Shown: positions 23,591-36,624, counted from the first letter of the stretch. The stretch is DNA of 64,000 nt from Mustelus asterias (GCF_964213995.1 NC_135816.1:46624001-46688000), one strand, 5' to 3'. Notes: generated by a model from the letters alone, not told the origin. Made by a program: numbers and translations.

Positions 23591-24780
23591 AGATTCTACC
23601 TCCAGGAAAATAGTTCCCCTGGATCAGGTTCTGGGCTTGGGACTCATATTTGGCCCAACTTTGGGGTGTAAAGCCCTTGACAGAAACCTATCCATTTTAT
23701 GTCATGTGGTCTATTTGATTATTGATGTTAAAATTGACTTAAAGCTGCCATGAGTACATAATGTCATGAGCAATGGTACAAAGTAAATTTGTAAATGCTG
23801 GGAATCCCTCAAGTCAGTGATAAATGAATTTCCTAATGCCAGCAATATTTCTACCGATTTGAATTTTAGAGTAAATTAAAAAATTGAAATTTTAGTTAAA
23901 TTACTTTGGGTGGACACATCTCTGCTCTAACTCAAGCAGATTCATAAACCTGCCTTTTATTATGGTTCTGCTACACCTAAAACAGAGAGGAAATATTTCT
24001 CCTTGAAGTAAAGCATTAATTTCGGTGACAGAGCTATAAAATTTCAGCACTATTTATCATAATCATATCCTCAGGATCTGTCGCCGCAATAATACTTACC
24101 AACCCCATGATGTGATTTGTGTCCTTTGTTCATTCTCTTTCAATAACATAGAATAAATGTACGATTTCAATAAGTGAGTTTTAAAAGCTCACAATTTTCA
24201 TAAATGGGAGCCATTCCCTCTTATTCCTTAGAGCAAAAGAATTAATAATTACACACAGAAATATATCATATTACCGTCCTCCTCTGCAAAAAGTTATTAA
24301 AGTTTCAGTACAAGTTTGCAAACTGCTCTGCTGGTGCTTTGGTTTCGTGCATGATTACAAGCAAAGAGGGGGCAGAGAAAAAATTCAGATGCCAAGTCAG
24401 TCCAGTTTGCTTTTGTGAGATCCCAGTGGCTGGTTTAAAGATTGCAATGGTAAGGGTTTGAGAAAAGGTCATCTACACTTCATCTCTCTCTCATAACTGG
24501 GGCATCGTGTGGAGGCAGAGACATAAAGCAGTGAATGACACGGAAAAATCATTTATGCAACAAAAGGGGAATATAAAATGGACTGTGAGCATAGAGTAAA
24601 ATGACGAAGCTAATCGTATACATCTGCCATTTGGTGTTGCTAAATGTATTAAAATATAATAAATGCAACAACGATAACCAAGAGACTGATTAGTAAAAAA
24701 TAATCTATTTGGGTTATAGGTTAATACAAAAGGCTTCTGTTGATATTTTCTGATCAATATTCCATATCACAGACGTGATG

Positions 24781-25010
24781 CGGTGGCACAGTGCTTAATA
24801 TTGTTGCCTCACAGCTCCTGGGACCCAGGTTCAATTCTCGCCTTAGGTAAATGTCAGTGTGCCATTTGCACATTCTCCTTGTGTCTGCGTGGGTTTCCTC
24901 CGGGTGCTCCAGTTTCCTCTCAGTCCAAAGATGTGCAGGTTAGGTGGATTGGCCATGCTAAATTGTCCCTTAGTGTCCAAAGATGTGTAGGTTAGGGGGA
25001 TTACCAGGGT
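24781..25010 (+). mobile_element. HE1 SINE, 3'-truncated
   Basis: A/B boxes and V-domain; abuts the 5S units. Confidence 0.85.
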
Positions 25011-25011
25011 A

Positions 25012-25210
25012 GCCTAAAGCCATGCTAATCTGAAAATGCCAGATCTCAGAAGCTAAACAGACTCAGCCTTGGTTAGTACTTGGATGGGATGGGAGATTGC
25101 CCAGGACTACTTGTGCAGTAGGCTTTGCTGATGCCAACAGCCATGTTCATCTGAAAATGTCTGATCTTGGAAGCTAAGCAGGCCTGGTTAGTGCTTGGAT
25201 GGGGGACTGC
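25012..25210 (+). pseudogene. Two tandem degenerate 5S rRNA units
   Basis: Unit 1 25012-25126 (gcct...gaagctaa...ttggttagtacttggatggga...gtaggcttt); spacer gctgat; unit 2 starts at 25133. Confidence 0.88.
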
Positions 25211-25439
25211 ATATGGATATAGAAACTGGGGTGTCATCTCTGCATATCTCCAAGGCATAAAACACAACATTTGACGAGGAGATGGAGAATAGCTAAATTT
25301 ATCAGCTTTCCTAGCTTTCTTATCTTCACTGAAAGATTCATTAGTGCCATGGGATCTTGGAGTTCAAGACCTACCAGCTCATTATAGGGATGAAGAGTCC
25401 AGATGTTGCAGTGACCCACAAGCAGGCAATCCTCCAAAT

Positions 25440-26630
25440 TGTCTTGGAGCAAAAGGCTAACAAATATTCAAGCAGCTCACAGAAGACACATTTACATTTG
25501 ATATGGTGGTAAATGTTCTCAAAAAATACTTCAAGCCAAAGGAAAGTGGTGATCAAACAATACGTTCCACTGAAGATATCAGGGAAATGGTGAGCCCATT
25601 TGGCAGCATGACAGAAATTGTCTTCCACATGTAAATTTGGCACTCTAACAACTAATTCGAGAATAATTGATTATGAAAGCTTTAATTTCATGAATTAGGG
25701 AACATTTCCTTGTGGAGAATTATGATTTGGCCGAAGAAAAAGCCACAACTTTGGCATTCTAAATCAGATGTGTCGCATTAGATTTGAAGAGGTTACTTAA
25801 AATAGCACCCTTAGACTCAGGATTGCACATACAGATTGCCCAACCAGCTCATTTGCAAGGATTATGGACAAAGAAACCACAGCAATTTCATTATCACGTG
25901 CCCCACGGTCAGATACCTGCAGAAATGTGCTCAAATTGTGAAAGTACTTAAGGACTCACAACACCATTTCCAACACAAGAGAAAAAGTGTAACTCCTGCT
26001 TAATGTGGGATCACTTCGCAAAGGTGAGTATGTCATCAAAAAGAGGACTTCATTGGTCTGACATAGGAGGGAGTATCTTCCTGAGAGTGAAGTGCAGCAT
26101 GTGTATACCCTCACACATGATAAAAGGACCAGATCATTTTAAGGAATACTCAATTGAGATTGCAAGCATTTCAGTAACAGACCCTCTTCAAACTTACAAT
26201 GACTCAATTGTTCCAGTTTCAGGACGATCACAGTTCCAGTACGCCACAAAACATCACGCTAGACAGATTCACGTTCTACACAGGCAAAGCCTTATGGAGA
26301 TAAATGTTTTCAATAAGCTTGGCTTCAAACCCGATCCCAGCAGAGCATATATTAAAGTGATCAATGACACTGACTGTGCACAACAGTAAGGAAGTATCCT
26401 TCCTTATTTGCCATATTTAGGGAGATTAAGGAGGATTGTCATGCTCCTCACATCAACTCGTGAATTCTTGCAGTTTCACAAAATTTGCGGTGGTTGCCAT
26501 TTGCAATCCATGCAGGGATGTCACAAGAGCTGAAAATGACTAGACACAAATGGTAACTCTGATGGAGTTGACTGCTAACCATAGATGTTGAACCAAGCCA
26601 TTGTACAATGCAAAAAATTATGAACTTAGA
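25440..26630 (+). mobile_element. Highly degraded Gypsy gag-pol fragment
   Basis: Decayed zinc knuckle (aagtgtaactcctgc...cacttcgcaaaggtg) and protease/RT-start-like remnants. Confidence 0.45.
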
Positions 26631-26632
26631 CT

Positions 26633-27260
26633 ATGGGGACGATCTTACCAGAATTTGGCAAAGTGTTGGTTACGGCAAAAAAAATTGAGTGAATCCCACC
26701 GACGGCTCCAGCCTAATTTCTGACCTCATCTTGGACCTCATTGACATAGGTTTATAAGTGAGCCTCAAGCAGTCTTTTTCTGGAGCCCCTTGCACACCCC
26801 TCCCACCTCCACCTTTGTCTCTCACCCAGCCACTTCAACCTGTAAGGAGGCCTTCCCCCTTCCCTAATCGTTATGATCCCTCCTACTCACTGTCATGCTC
26901 CTCACACTCCAGCTCCCACTTGAGTCCCACGCCTACCATACCTCATCATCATCTTAAATGTCAACACTCCTGCCTATACTTTCCTTATCTGCGTCATGGC
27001 AGGACAAAATAAACCACAGCAAGCGTGAACAAGAACACCCAGCTAGAGTAATGCCGGAGCTCAGAACCCTCAGGCAGTATGAGGAGAGAGCCCTCGAGCT
27101 AGTCGGGAGGAGGAAGAGCGTGCCTGTGCTACTGGTGAAGTGGAGCAGCAGATGTGAGAATCCTCAAAACGTGCTGTCATTCCTTAAGTCTCAGGCGAGT
27201 AATCAATGTTCTCTCCTTTATCCTCAGTAATGCGCTAATGCCATCTCCCTTCTCTTGTAG
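26633..27260 (+). mobile_element. Harbinger-related fragment with a Myb-gene exon remnant
   Basis: TIR-like ggggacgatcttacc; peptide DKINHSKREQE...LRQYEERALELVG. Confidence 0.5.
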
Positions 27261-27289
27261 GCGATAATAAATCAAATCAAATGTTGATC

Positions 27290-28350
27290 AAACAAATGGT
27301 TGGATGTCATAAGGGGTTTCCAGCATAACCATTACATGGCACAAAGATTTCATCTCCTGGCTTCAGTGATGTAGCTCTGCATTTCATGGTTCACTCTGCA
27401 TTTGCTCTCATGAGACCACATATAGTTCATTGTGTTGAGCTTGCCTCGCTGATGCTCAACGTGGAACTTGTAGTGAGTATCCAACGTTCTATTTCAGTAG
27501 GTAGCTATGTGAATTGTTGAATAAACTTACTAGTGGTCTATGATTCATTATGACTTCAAACTCGCTTCCTACCAGTAAAGATGAAAGTGTAAGATACCCC
27601 TTGTGATTTAGAGTGCTTCTCTCTCTGTTTGCAAACAGCATTTCTCTACAGATGTTAGTGATGTGCTTGACATTGCAATAATTGATGACTTCTGCCTTGT
27701 TTTTTTGCAGGAGAACTTCAGCAAAGACAATGGGGCTTGCATCCATGACGAGCTGGGTGGCTTTCTCAAAATAGGTATCTGTGCAATTTGCTGACAAACA
27801 TTGTTTGATCTGGTGTACAGCCTGTTTGTATGATGTCATCCCTTCCTACTTGGTCTCTGATGTCAGATCATGTAGGAGAGCAGATGGGACACACTGGGAT
27901 CTACGTGCAACTTACATTTAACATCATGCAGTTTGCCAAAACTAGTGATACATACAACTAAAGAATGTTGCTGGTGCACAGAGAAAACATGTATGTGGCA
28001 GCAATCATGCGCAGACCTGGTGCTGTGGGAAAACTGATAAGTGTCTCACATTCTCCAGATTTGTCATAAAGCCTTCATTCTTGTGGCTTTGAATGAGAAT
28101 GGAATTTCAAAATCCTGAAAGTTTTAGTAATTTGGTTGTTAGTTGCCTCAACCACACAATACTGATCAATTGTTTCATTGGCTTCTTGCTTCATGCATTT
28201 GAAGATGATAGACTCATATTTTATATTCTTCTTGGGTGTAAAAGACAAATTCGTGCTTTTGTCGTGTTTCAAAAATATCTTCTCATTCTTCATTGCCATA
28301 GTGGAGAACCAAAGCCTTTTTCCTTTTGTCCTCTCCGACCCCTTTCCCAC
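27290..28350 (-). mobile_element. Degraded Gypsy pol/gag fragment
   Basis: RNase H remnants TQLVMDASP..VLLQ and FEVIMNHRPLVSLFN. Confidence 0.7.
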
Positions 28351-28355
28351 CTCCA

Positions 28356-29115
28356 GGGGGGAATTTTACCATTTTGAGTCTAAGTGCCGGATCTGGGCGT
28401 CAAATAGATCCGCGCCTGGAATCCTCTTTCCAGCGCGCCCATAGGCGTTTTGCCGGCTCCGGCCCGATCCGCGCTGTGTGCGGGGCTTAGCGCTGGTGGA
28501 CCGATCGGAGCTCTGAACTGCACATGCGCAGTTCGAAAAAAATTTGACAGAGCGCGCCCGGGCGCAAAAAAAAGCAGAAAGCGGAGAGAGCGGCTCTCTG
28601 ACGTTCATCCTCTGGTCGGAGTGGGGGGGAGAGAGGGGGGTTGGGAGGGGAGGGGGTGTGACCGATCATCCCCTGGGGGGGGGGGGGGGGGCTGGTGGAG
28701 AGGGGTTGTGACGTATAATTCCCTGGGGGGGGGGGGGGGGGTGGGGAGGGGGGGCGGGGGGGGGGGGGGAGAGGAGAGGGGGTGTGACGTCTCAGACTCT
28801 GGTTGGGGGGGTTCCGCTGCCTGTCTGCAGGTTTTATTTTGCAGGTGGGTAACAGCGCGGACGCGGATCGGGCCAGAAGACAGTAAAGTGGGATTTGGCA
28901 GTAGAGTTGGGCGCACGGTTCATTAAGTCGATTTAAATACATGCAAATGCATTTAAATCGTCGGGCCGCCCGATTCAGGCGCGGGCCCGAATCGGGTGAC
29001 GGTAAAGCCACGATCTGCTCGGAATCGGGTGCAGATCGTGGTATAGGCCCGATGCCCAACTTTACCGCGATTTTGCGCCCGAAAACGGGTGCAAAGTTTT
29101 GGTAAAGTCAGGACC
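28356..29115. mobile_element. Harbinger-like MITE, same family as 8370-9412, opposite orientation, no RPL39
   Basis: TIRs ggggggaattttacca / tggtaaagtcaggacc; 3-bp TSD cca; both arms align with 8370-8640 and 9220-9412. Confidence 0.88.
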
Positions 29116-29674
29116 CCAGTGTCTGTGTTCACCTGGAGGCAAAGTTGACCCTCCAGTTTCCATAGAATGGATGAATCCCCATTCGTGGCACAAGAGTCAC
29201 AAAAAGCCAGTATGCAGGTACAGCAGGTGATCAAGAAGATAAATGGAATGTTGTCCTTTAAGGTAAGGGGAATGGAATATAAAAGTAGGGATATTTTGCT
29301 GTAATTGTTCATTTTCATCCAGCCAGCAGCAAGATTTCAAAAGCTCGAACTATATATATAGCGCGCATGATGTAATTTCCTCCCACCCATGCATCTCGTG
29401 GCACACACTCCATACCATTTCACAAGCAGCTCCTGCCTACCAGAAACACCGAAGCTCAGCTTCGTGGAGACTGAGTTCATCTTCTGGCTGCGCTCCCTTC
29501 CCTTGCTTCTCTCAAACAGCACAATCATGATCCTCTCACTCTCGGTGAGTTGTGGAAGGGAGGCAACTAGCTGTATTCCCCTTTGATGGAGCAACGGCTT
29601 AGACAGCAGGATCGATTAGCACAAATCCCTCAGCGAATCCAATAGTCTGCCGGACTCTGCCAGGAGTATTGAGC

Positions 29675-31495
29675 AATCCCATACAAGAAACCCAGATATG
29701 ACCTATGGAGGTCCATCAAAGATGCCAAAAGGCAGTACCGGACCAAGCTAGAGTCCCAGGCTAGCCACACAGTCTCCCATCGACTATGGCAAGGTCCGCA
29801 AGACATAACAGGCTACAAGATGAAGGCATTCAAAATTGCCGGCACCAATTCACCCCTCCCTGATCAGCTCAACGCATTCTATGCCCGTTTTGAGCAAGAA
29901 GTCAGCGAGAGCATGCCCTCAACCCCGGATGTCTCAGACAAACCTGTATCTGAGGTCACCATTGCAGATATCAGAGTAGCTTTCTTGTAAGTCAATCCAT
30001 GGAAAGCGACTGGCCCGGATGGGGTACCTGGATAAGCACTCAGATCTTGTGCGGATCAGCGGCAGAGGCTATTCGCAGATATCTTCAACATCTCTTTACA
30101 ACAATCTGAGGTCCCTATCTGCTTCAAAAAGATGACCATCATCCCGGTACCTAAGAAAAACCAAGCAGCATGCCTTAATGACTATCGGCCGGTGGCTCTG
30201 ACATCCATCATTATGAAGTGCTTCAAAAGGATAGTCATGGCACAAATCAATTCCGGCCTCCCAGATTGCCTGGATCCACTACAATTCGCCTATCACTGCA
30301 ACAGGTCCCCAGCAGATGCCATCTCCCTGGCCTTACACTCAACCTTGGAACACCTAGATAAAAAAGACACCTATGTCAGACTCCTATTTATTGACTACAG
30401 CTCAGCCTTCAACAACATTATTCCGACAAAACACATCTCCAAACTCCGCGGCCTGGGGCTCAGCTCCTCCCTCTGCAACTGGATCCTAGACTTCCTAACC
30501 CACAGACCACAATCAGTAAGGATAGGCAACAACACCTCCTCCATGATCATCCTCAACACCGGTGGCCCACAAGACTGTGTTCTCAGCCCATTACTAAACT
30601 CCTTATACGCCTATGACTGTGTACCAAATTCCCCTCCACTCGATTTTCAAGTTTGCTGATGATACCACCGTAGTGGGTCAGATTTCAAACAATGCTGAGA
30701 CGTAGTACAGGAAAGAGATAGAGAATCTGGTGAACTGGTGCGATGACAATAATCTCTCCCTCAATGTCAACAAAACAAAGGGGATAGTCATCGACTTCAG
30801 GAAGCCGATGAAGGACATGCCCCACTTCATCCCCCATGTTTACATCAATGGGGATGAAATGGAAATGTTTGAGAGCTTCAAGTTTCTAGGTGTCCAGATC
30901 ACCAACAACCTCTCCTGATTCCTCCATGCTGACGCTATAGTTAAGAAAGCCCATCAATGCTTCTACTTTCTCAGGAGGCTAAGGAAATTTGGCATGTCCG
31001 CTACAACTCTCACCAACTTTTACAAATACACCATAGAAAGCATATCACAGCTTGGTATGGTTCCTGCTCTGTCCAAGACCGCAATAAACTACAAACGGCT
31101 GGTGAAGCCCAGTCCATCACGCAAACCAGCCACCCATCCATTGACTCTGTCTATACTTCCCGCTGCCTCGGCAAAGCAGCCAGCATAATCAAGGACACCA
31201 CGCAACCCAGACATACTCTCTTCCACCTTCTTCCGTCAGGAAAAAGATACAAAAGTCTGAGGACACGTACCAACCGACTCAAGAACAGCTTCTTCCCTGC
31301 TGCCATCGGACTCTTAAATGGACCTACCTCGTATTAAGTTGATCTTTCTCTACACTCTAGCTATGACTGTAACATAGCTGCAATCTCTCATTTCCTTCAC
31401 TATGAACGGTATGCTTTGTTTGTGTAGCATGCAAGAAACAATACTTTCACTGTATGTTAATACATGTGACAATAATAAATCAAATCAAATCAAAT
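29675..31495 (+). mobile_element. Rex1/Babar LINE, 5'-truncated, decayed RT
   Basis: IIPVPKK...[11 protein letters not shown]...DPLQFAY...[14 protein letters not shown]; FADD; (aaatc)n tail. Confidence 0.92.
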
Positions 31496-31699
31496 TGCAA
31501 AATCAAAGACCTTCAGGTGGGATCTCTTAAATGTTGAACTGCTTCCTTCCAGCTAATCAGAGACAAGCATGAATAACATTTGATACTTTGTCTGGAATCC
31601 TTGGTTCCCACACGATACATACACCTATGTTTTGTTTCACATGCTGGTCTCAGTTTTTTTCATCAAATTTAATTATAAAAACTGGCTACTGCAAACAAA

Positions 31700-33790
31700 A
31701 GAAGAGTGGAGGCAGAGCGTCATGAGAAAAATGTCAATGTCGAAAGACACAAGAGCACAACACGCATCAAGTATGAAGAATTTCAAGGACAAGTGCAGAT
31801 GGATAAAATTTAAAAGAATGTGATTGCGCGGCAAGCAATTCTCACAAGGCCGAGAAAGGTAATGGACAGTGTCACGCAAGCCAGTTGTAATGATCAAACT
31901 TATCACAAAAGCACCTCATTCAGAAGGAGAGTTTGTAAAGGAGTGCATTTTTGCAACCGCAGCTTTACTGGCTCCAGAGTAAATTAAATTATTTGAGAGT
32001 GTGAGCTTGTCTCACAGGACCGTGTCAGCTGCAATTAATGTTGTGGCTCAAGACACTGAAAAGTTTCTGAAAGATCCTGCGGCTGATTTCGAGTTTTACT
32101 CTCTGGCTATTAATGAAACAACAGACGTAACAAGAAAGTGCATCTGGTGACTTTACTGCGTGGTATCACAGCAGATTTTGAGTTTCAAGACGACCTGCTT
32201 GCTTCAGTAACAATGCATGACACCACCAAAGGTGAAGATAAGCTTGAGATGGTTACTTCAGCAGTGCACGTGTTTCAGTTATCATTAGAAAAATTATGTA
32301 ATCTCACTATTGATGGTGCTGCGGCTACGGTTGGATCTCAAAAAAGATATAAAGTTTATTTATTAGTGACACAAGTAGGCTTACATTAACTCTGCAATGA
32401 AGTTACTGTGAAAATCCCCTAGTCGCCACACTCCGGCCCCTTTTCGGGTACACTGAGGGAAAATTTAACATGGCCAATGCACCTAACCAGTACGTCTTTC
32501 GGACTGTGAAAGGAAACCGGAGGAAACCCATGCAGACATGGGGAGAACGTGCAGACTCTGCACAGACAGTGACCCAAGCCAGGAATCGAACCCGAGTCCC
32601 TGGCGCTGTGAGACAGCAATGCTAACCACTGTGCCACAGTGCCTATGTTGCTCGAACCAAGAAAGAAATTAATTTTATTGATCCAACATTGATCCAAGTA
32701 CGTTGATTGTATGTCACTGTATAATTCGTCAGGAGAATGTATGCGTGCAGTCCGTGCGACTGAGCAATCAAATGTTACCAGTAGCATTGAGCATTAGCTT
32801 CGTTAAAAGTACAGGGGTAAACAGCCGACAGTTTAAGAAGATAATGGAAGACTTCGAATCAGAGAATGGACAATTTAGTGTATTATTGTGAAGTGCGATG
32901 GCTCTGCCAGGGGATGTATACCAATGCAGTTTTATGAACTGAGGAATGAAGTGAAACTTTTCATGGAGGAAAAGAAGAAAAACCTGTGGCCAAGCTGAGT
33001 GCCAACAAGCGGCCATGTGACTTGACTTTTATGGTCGACATTACGCTGTACCTGCCTGAGCTCAATGTCAAACTGCAAGATCTGAAACCAACTTCTTACT
33101 TCCCTCTTTCCAATGTGGAATCCTTTCAAGCCAAATTAAAGCTGTGGCAAATGCAATTGGAAAATGGCAACACAATGCATCTCCCTACCCTTCAGAAACA
33201 AAAAGCTGCCACAACAGTGGAGGACGCCAGTGAGTGTGCGAACTTACTTCAGAAATTTCATGAAAGAGAAGGAACTAAAATTAAACATTTTTGCCACACT
33301 GTTCGATATCGAAGCAGTCGATGTACCCAAAAACCTTCAACATGAAGTTATAGAACTGCAAAGTAACATTGAATATAAAACTAAATATAATAACCCTGTA
33401 TCTGTTGGAATGCTACAGACTCCATATTAATGCCGATGAATTTCCAAACGTCAGGAACCACCTGCTGAAAATTGCATCACTGTTTGGAACTACGTCCTGC
33501 CGTGAGCACCTTTTCTTTTCAAAATTTTGTCACACAAAAAAAATCTGTATGTCTTAACAGATGTGAACGTGGAAAACCTGTTACAAGTAGAAACATCATC
33601 AGTGCTAGCAGATATAACCAAGGCTCATTAAGGAAAAGCAAAGTCAGATATTGCATTTAAACAACTGGTGAGTTGAATATTTCTGCATTATCTCTAAAGG
33701 AAATTAAGATGGTTTTTGTGTGTGTGTGTGGCCTGCCATTGATTTTGACCATGTGTGAATGGTTCTGAATAAGGAAAAGGTCCCCACTTC
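31700..33790 (+). pseudogene. hAT (Charlie/GTF2IRD2-like) transposase fossil
   Basis: SLAINETTD, TMHDTTKGED, TIDGAA, CHCIIRQE, ELNVKLQ, LFGTTSCRE motifs across frameshifts; TIR-like aaaaggtccccac at ~33780. Confidence 0.85.
32350..32642 (-). mobile_element. HE1-related SINE with alternative 3' tail
   Basis: HE1 head and V-domain joined to the tail ggggattttcacagtaacttcattgcag...aataaataaacttta. Confidence 0.85.
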
Positions 33791-34210
33791 TACACTACCA
33801 TGGAGACAGATGTAAAATACCTGTTCAGTTCATCCATCATGTCCTTATTTTCCATTATCAATTCTCCATTCTCACTCCTCGAGGCCCAAAACTCACTTTC
33901 CTTACTCTTTTCCTTTTTAGAGACTCTTGCTATCTCTTTTAATATTTCTAGCTCACTTTCTCTCGTACTCGACTTTCATCCTCCTTATTAATCTTTTGGT
34001 TATTCTTTGCTGTTCTTTATTTTTTGTCCAATCTTCTGACTTGCCATTCAAATTTGTGGATTTATACATTTTCTTTCAATTTGATACTATCCTTTTCTTC
34101 CTTCATTAGCAAATGATGGTGGATCCTTCCTGTTTTTTCTCACTGGAATGTATGTTTTCTGAAATGTCTCCTTAAATATCTGCCACTGCATCACTACTGA
34201 CCTATCCCTT

Positions 34211-34517
34211 TGTTGTGCTATGTGGTTGCATGCATTGTAACGTAAAGGTACTCAGTAGAACAAAGGTTGACATGGGACTGGAAAGTGGCACAAACCACAG
34301 TATGATGCACAGAGTCACATGGTAATAGTTTCTGAGAATAGTCTGTAACAGAGCTCTGCAAGCAGCCTACCTGCATGGAGACAATAGCTCCATGTAATAC
34401 TTGGATCTGTAAATAGTTAAATTAACAATAAATGGTTCATATTTAAACATTGAAATCTCAAGCCCTCATCATCGAGACATCACATTGTGCCATATTATAA
34501 CATGGCAGTAGTGGGAT
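34211..34517 (+). mobile_element. LTR (34211-34502) followed by a tRNA-Leu-like PBS
   Basis: TGT...ATAACA termini with internal aataaa; then tggcagtagtgggat, similar to the complement of the tRNA-Leu 3' end; A-rich internal region extends to ~36400. Confidence 0.7.
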
Positions 34518-35284
34518 GCTTGTAAGGGATAAATTTAACATGGTTGGCACTGGTGGGACCTTCTAAAAGATACCACAGCAACAAAAGTACCATAAATCTG
34601 TGATATAAAAAAAAGCATTTTAAACAATGAACTGAAAACAGCATCCCAAGATATGAAAGACTACAAGCATCTGAAGCCGAATAGAAACATTGCAAGACTC
34701 CCGTGTGAGACAGAGCAAGAACTGTGCAGTCCACAAGACAGATGAGTAAAACCACAGAGAAATTGCAAGATGCCCGAGGAAGAATGCACAAGATCAGACT
34801 GTAGCTGCACTTACATCTTAGAATAAATAGGTGACAGTCCCAAGGGGCTCAGTAGAATGCAACAGCTGAAAGAGAGCTGCAAGTAAAACACACAGGTTTA
34901 AAAAAACCTGCAAAAAATGGTTGACAGAGTTAAAGACAGAATCTGCAGAGAGCAGAACAGAACAAAAAGAGAAAAGTCCCTGCAGAGTATAAACAAATAA
35001 AGAATTATTTGCTCTGAAGATTAAAAAGAAACAGCAATCAGAACAATCAGAAGGCTGTAGCTTTAACTTTTTAATAAAATCCAGTACAGTGCAAAAGCTG
35101 GAACATGCTGTACATTGATACAGGTGTTGCAAAATGTACCTGCAAAATTTATTTTTCATAGGTCTGCCCGGGAAGAAGACCTAAAAAAACAGAGAGAAAC
35201 CAACTGTATCCTCACAACTATGGCCTGCTTAAAAAAAAGTTACTAAAAAAGTGGCAACTACAAAACAAAAATGGTTATGGGCAG

Positions 35285-35610
35285 AAAATAAGAGACCCCA
35301 GAAGGAGGGCAACTCTCAATAAAAGTCCACAGCCTACAAATACCCCAGATAGAGGGCAACTCACAATAAAGATCCATAGGCAACCCAAGACCCAGTGAGA
35401 GCACAACATTGCCAAAGGCAACAAGAGACCCCAGAAAGAGGGCAACTCACAATAACATCCATAGATAACCCAAGACCCCAGAGAGAACAACTCTGCCAAA
35501 GGCAACCCGAGACCCCAGAAAGAGGGCAACACTGCTGAGGACCATAAAATAGCTTAACGAGGAGGCAACAAAAGAACCAAGAGAAAGAACAAGATAAGAC
35601 CCCAGAAGGT
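35285..35610 (+). repeat. Degenerate tandem repeat in the LTR-element leader
   Basis: About 7 recurrences of (ga)ccccaga(a)agagggcaac-like units spaced ~40-50 bp. Confidence 0.75.
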
Positions 35611-36457
35611 CGGCAAAGAGAGAATTAACTGTTGAAAGAACAGTGGATTTAAAACTGAGTGCAAGGGAATATATGACCATTCAGCAACATGAAGAAATGA
35701 AGCCTGTCTTAAAAAACAGAATGGAAGAACAACAGAAGGCACTCAATTTGATTTTACTGAATGACAGTAGAGCTCAAGGTGAAGCAAGTGAGCTTTTCAA
35801 TGAAAAGGGAAACCTGGTGAAAGCCTTCACATGCTACAAAAATTACTTTATTCAAAGTAATAATAATTTCAATGTCATTTTAAACAAAGTGATGAACAAG
35901 AGAAGACTCAACAATGTTCCATATTCCAGGAGGAAGACAAAAGTTACAAAAAAACAGACTGAAGAGTTACGGAAGCAGTTGAATGAAAAAGAGTAAGTAG
36001 TGAAAGGAAAAGCCAGAGAACGTTGTAAGCTGCGAGCTGATAATGAAGCCATGAGCATAATAATTGCACAACTGAAACAAGTCAAGACTTCATCGGAGAC
36101 CGACCTGTCCAACAGTGAATCCAAAATGAAGGACAAGGAATGTTCTGATATGGCAGGTGGTAATTCCTGGGCTGACCAAATCACAAAGGGATACTTGGTC
36201 AAGCTATCACAACAATTTGCAATTCATTTTTTTATTACGAGAAAGTAGGTGTACTGAAGTCAAAAGTAAAGATCCCACTAACACTTCTGGAGATTTTAAA
36301 CATTACATTAAAACATTTATCAACAAAAGAAAAGAAAACTTAAACACATAAGATTGCATTTACACAGTAATCTTGCAAACAGTTCCCAATAAATTTCTAT
36401 TTATTTATACTCCCAAATAAACACCCTTTTCCAGGCAACAGTCCCTATTGATTCTTA

Positions 36458-36584
36458 CGGCAGAATTCTACCGCCCCTCCCACCATAGGAATCAGAGTGG
36501 GCAAGGGGCAGACAATGGGAAGGTCTGTTGACCTTGAGCGAGATTTTACGGTTTCAGGATGAGTGAGACCATAAAATCCCACCC
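36458..36584. mobile_element. 127-bp Harbinger-like MITE
   Basis: ggcagaattcta...taaaatcccaccc ends; TTA on both flanks. Confidence 0.65.
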
Positions 36585-36624
36585 TTAATCTATACAAATT
36601 TTAGTAATATTACCATAAGGCACC

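Noticed and set aside
29337-29640. Possible DIRS or other element fragment with a tatatatata/gcgcgc motif
   Set aside because: No diagnostic protein motif or terminal structure could be supported by eye.
31700-33600. Domesticated GTF2IRD2/EPM2AIP1-like gene
   Set aside because: Many stops and frameshifts plus a SINE insertion; a transposon fossil.
35285-35610. CRISPR-like repeat-spacer pattern
   Set aside because: Eukaryotic context, degenerate units with related 'spacers', no cas genes; it is a minisatellite.
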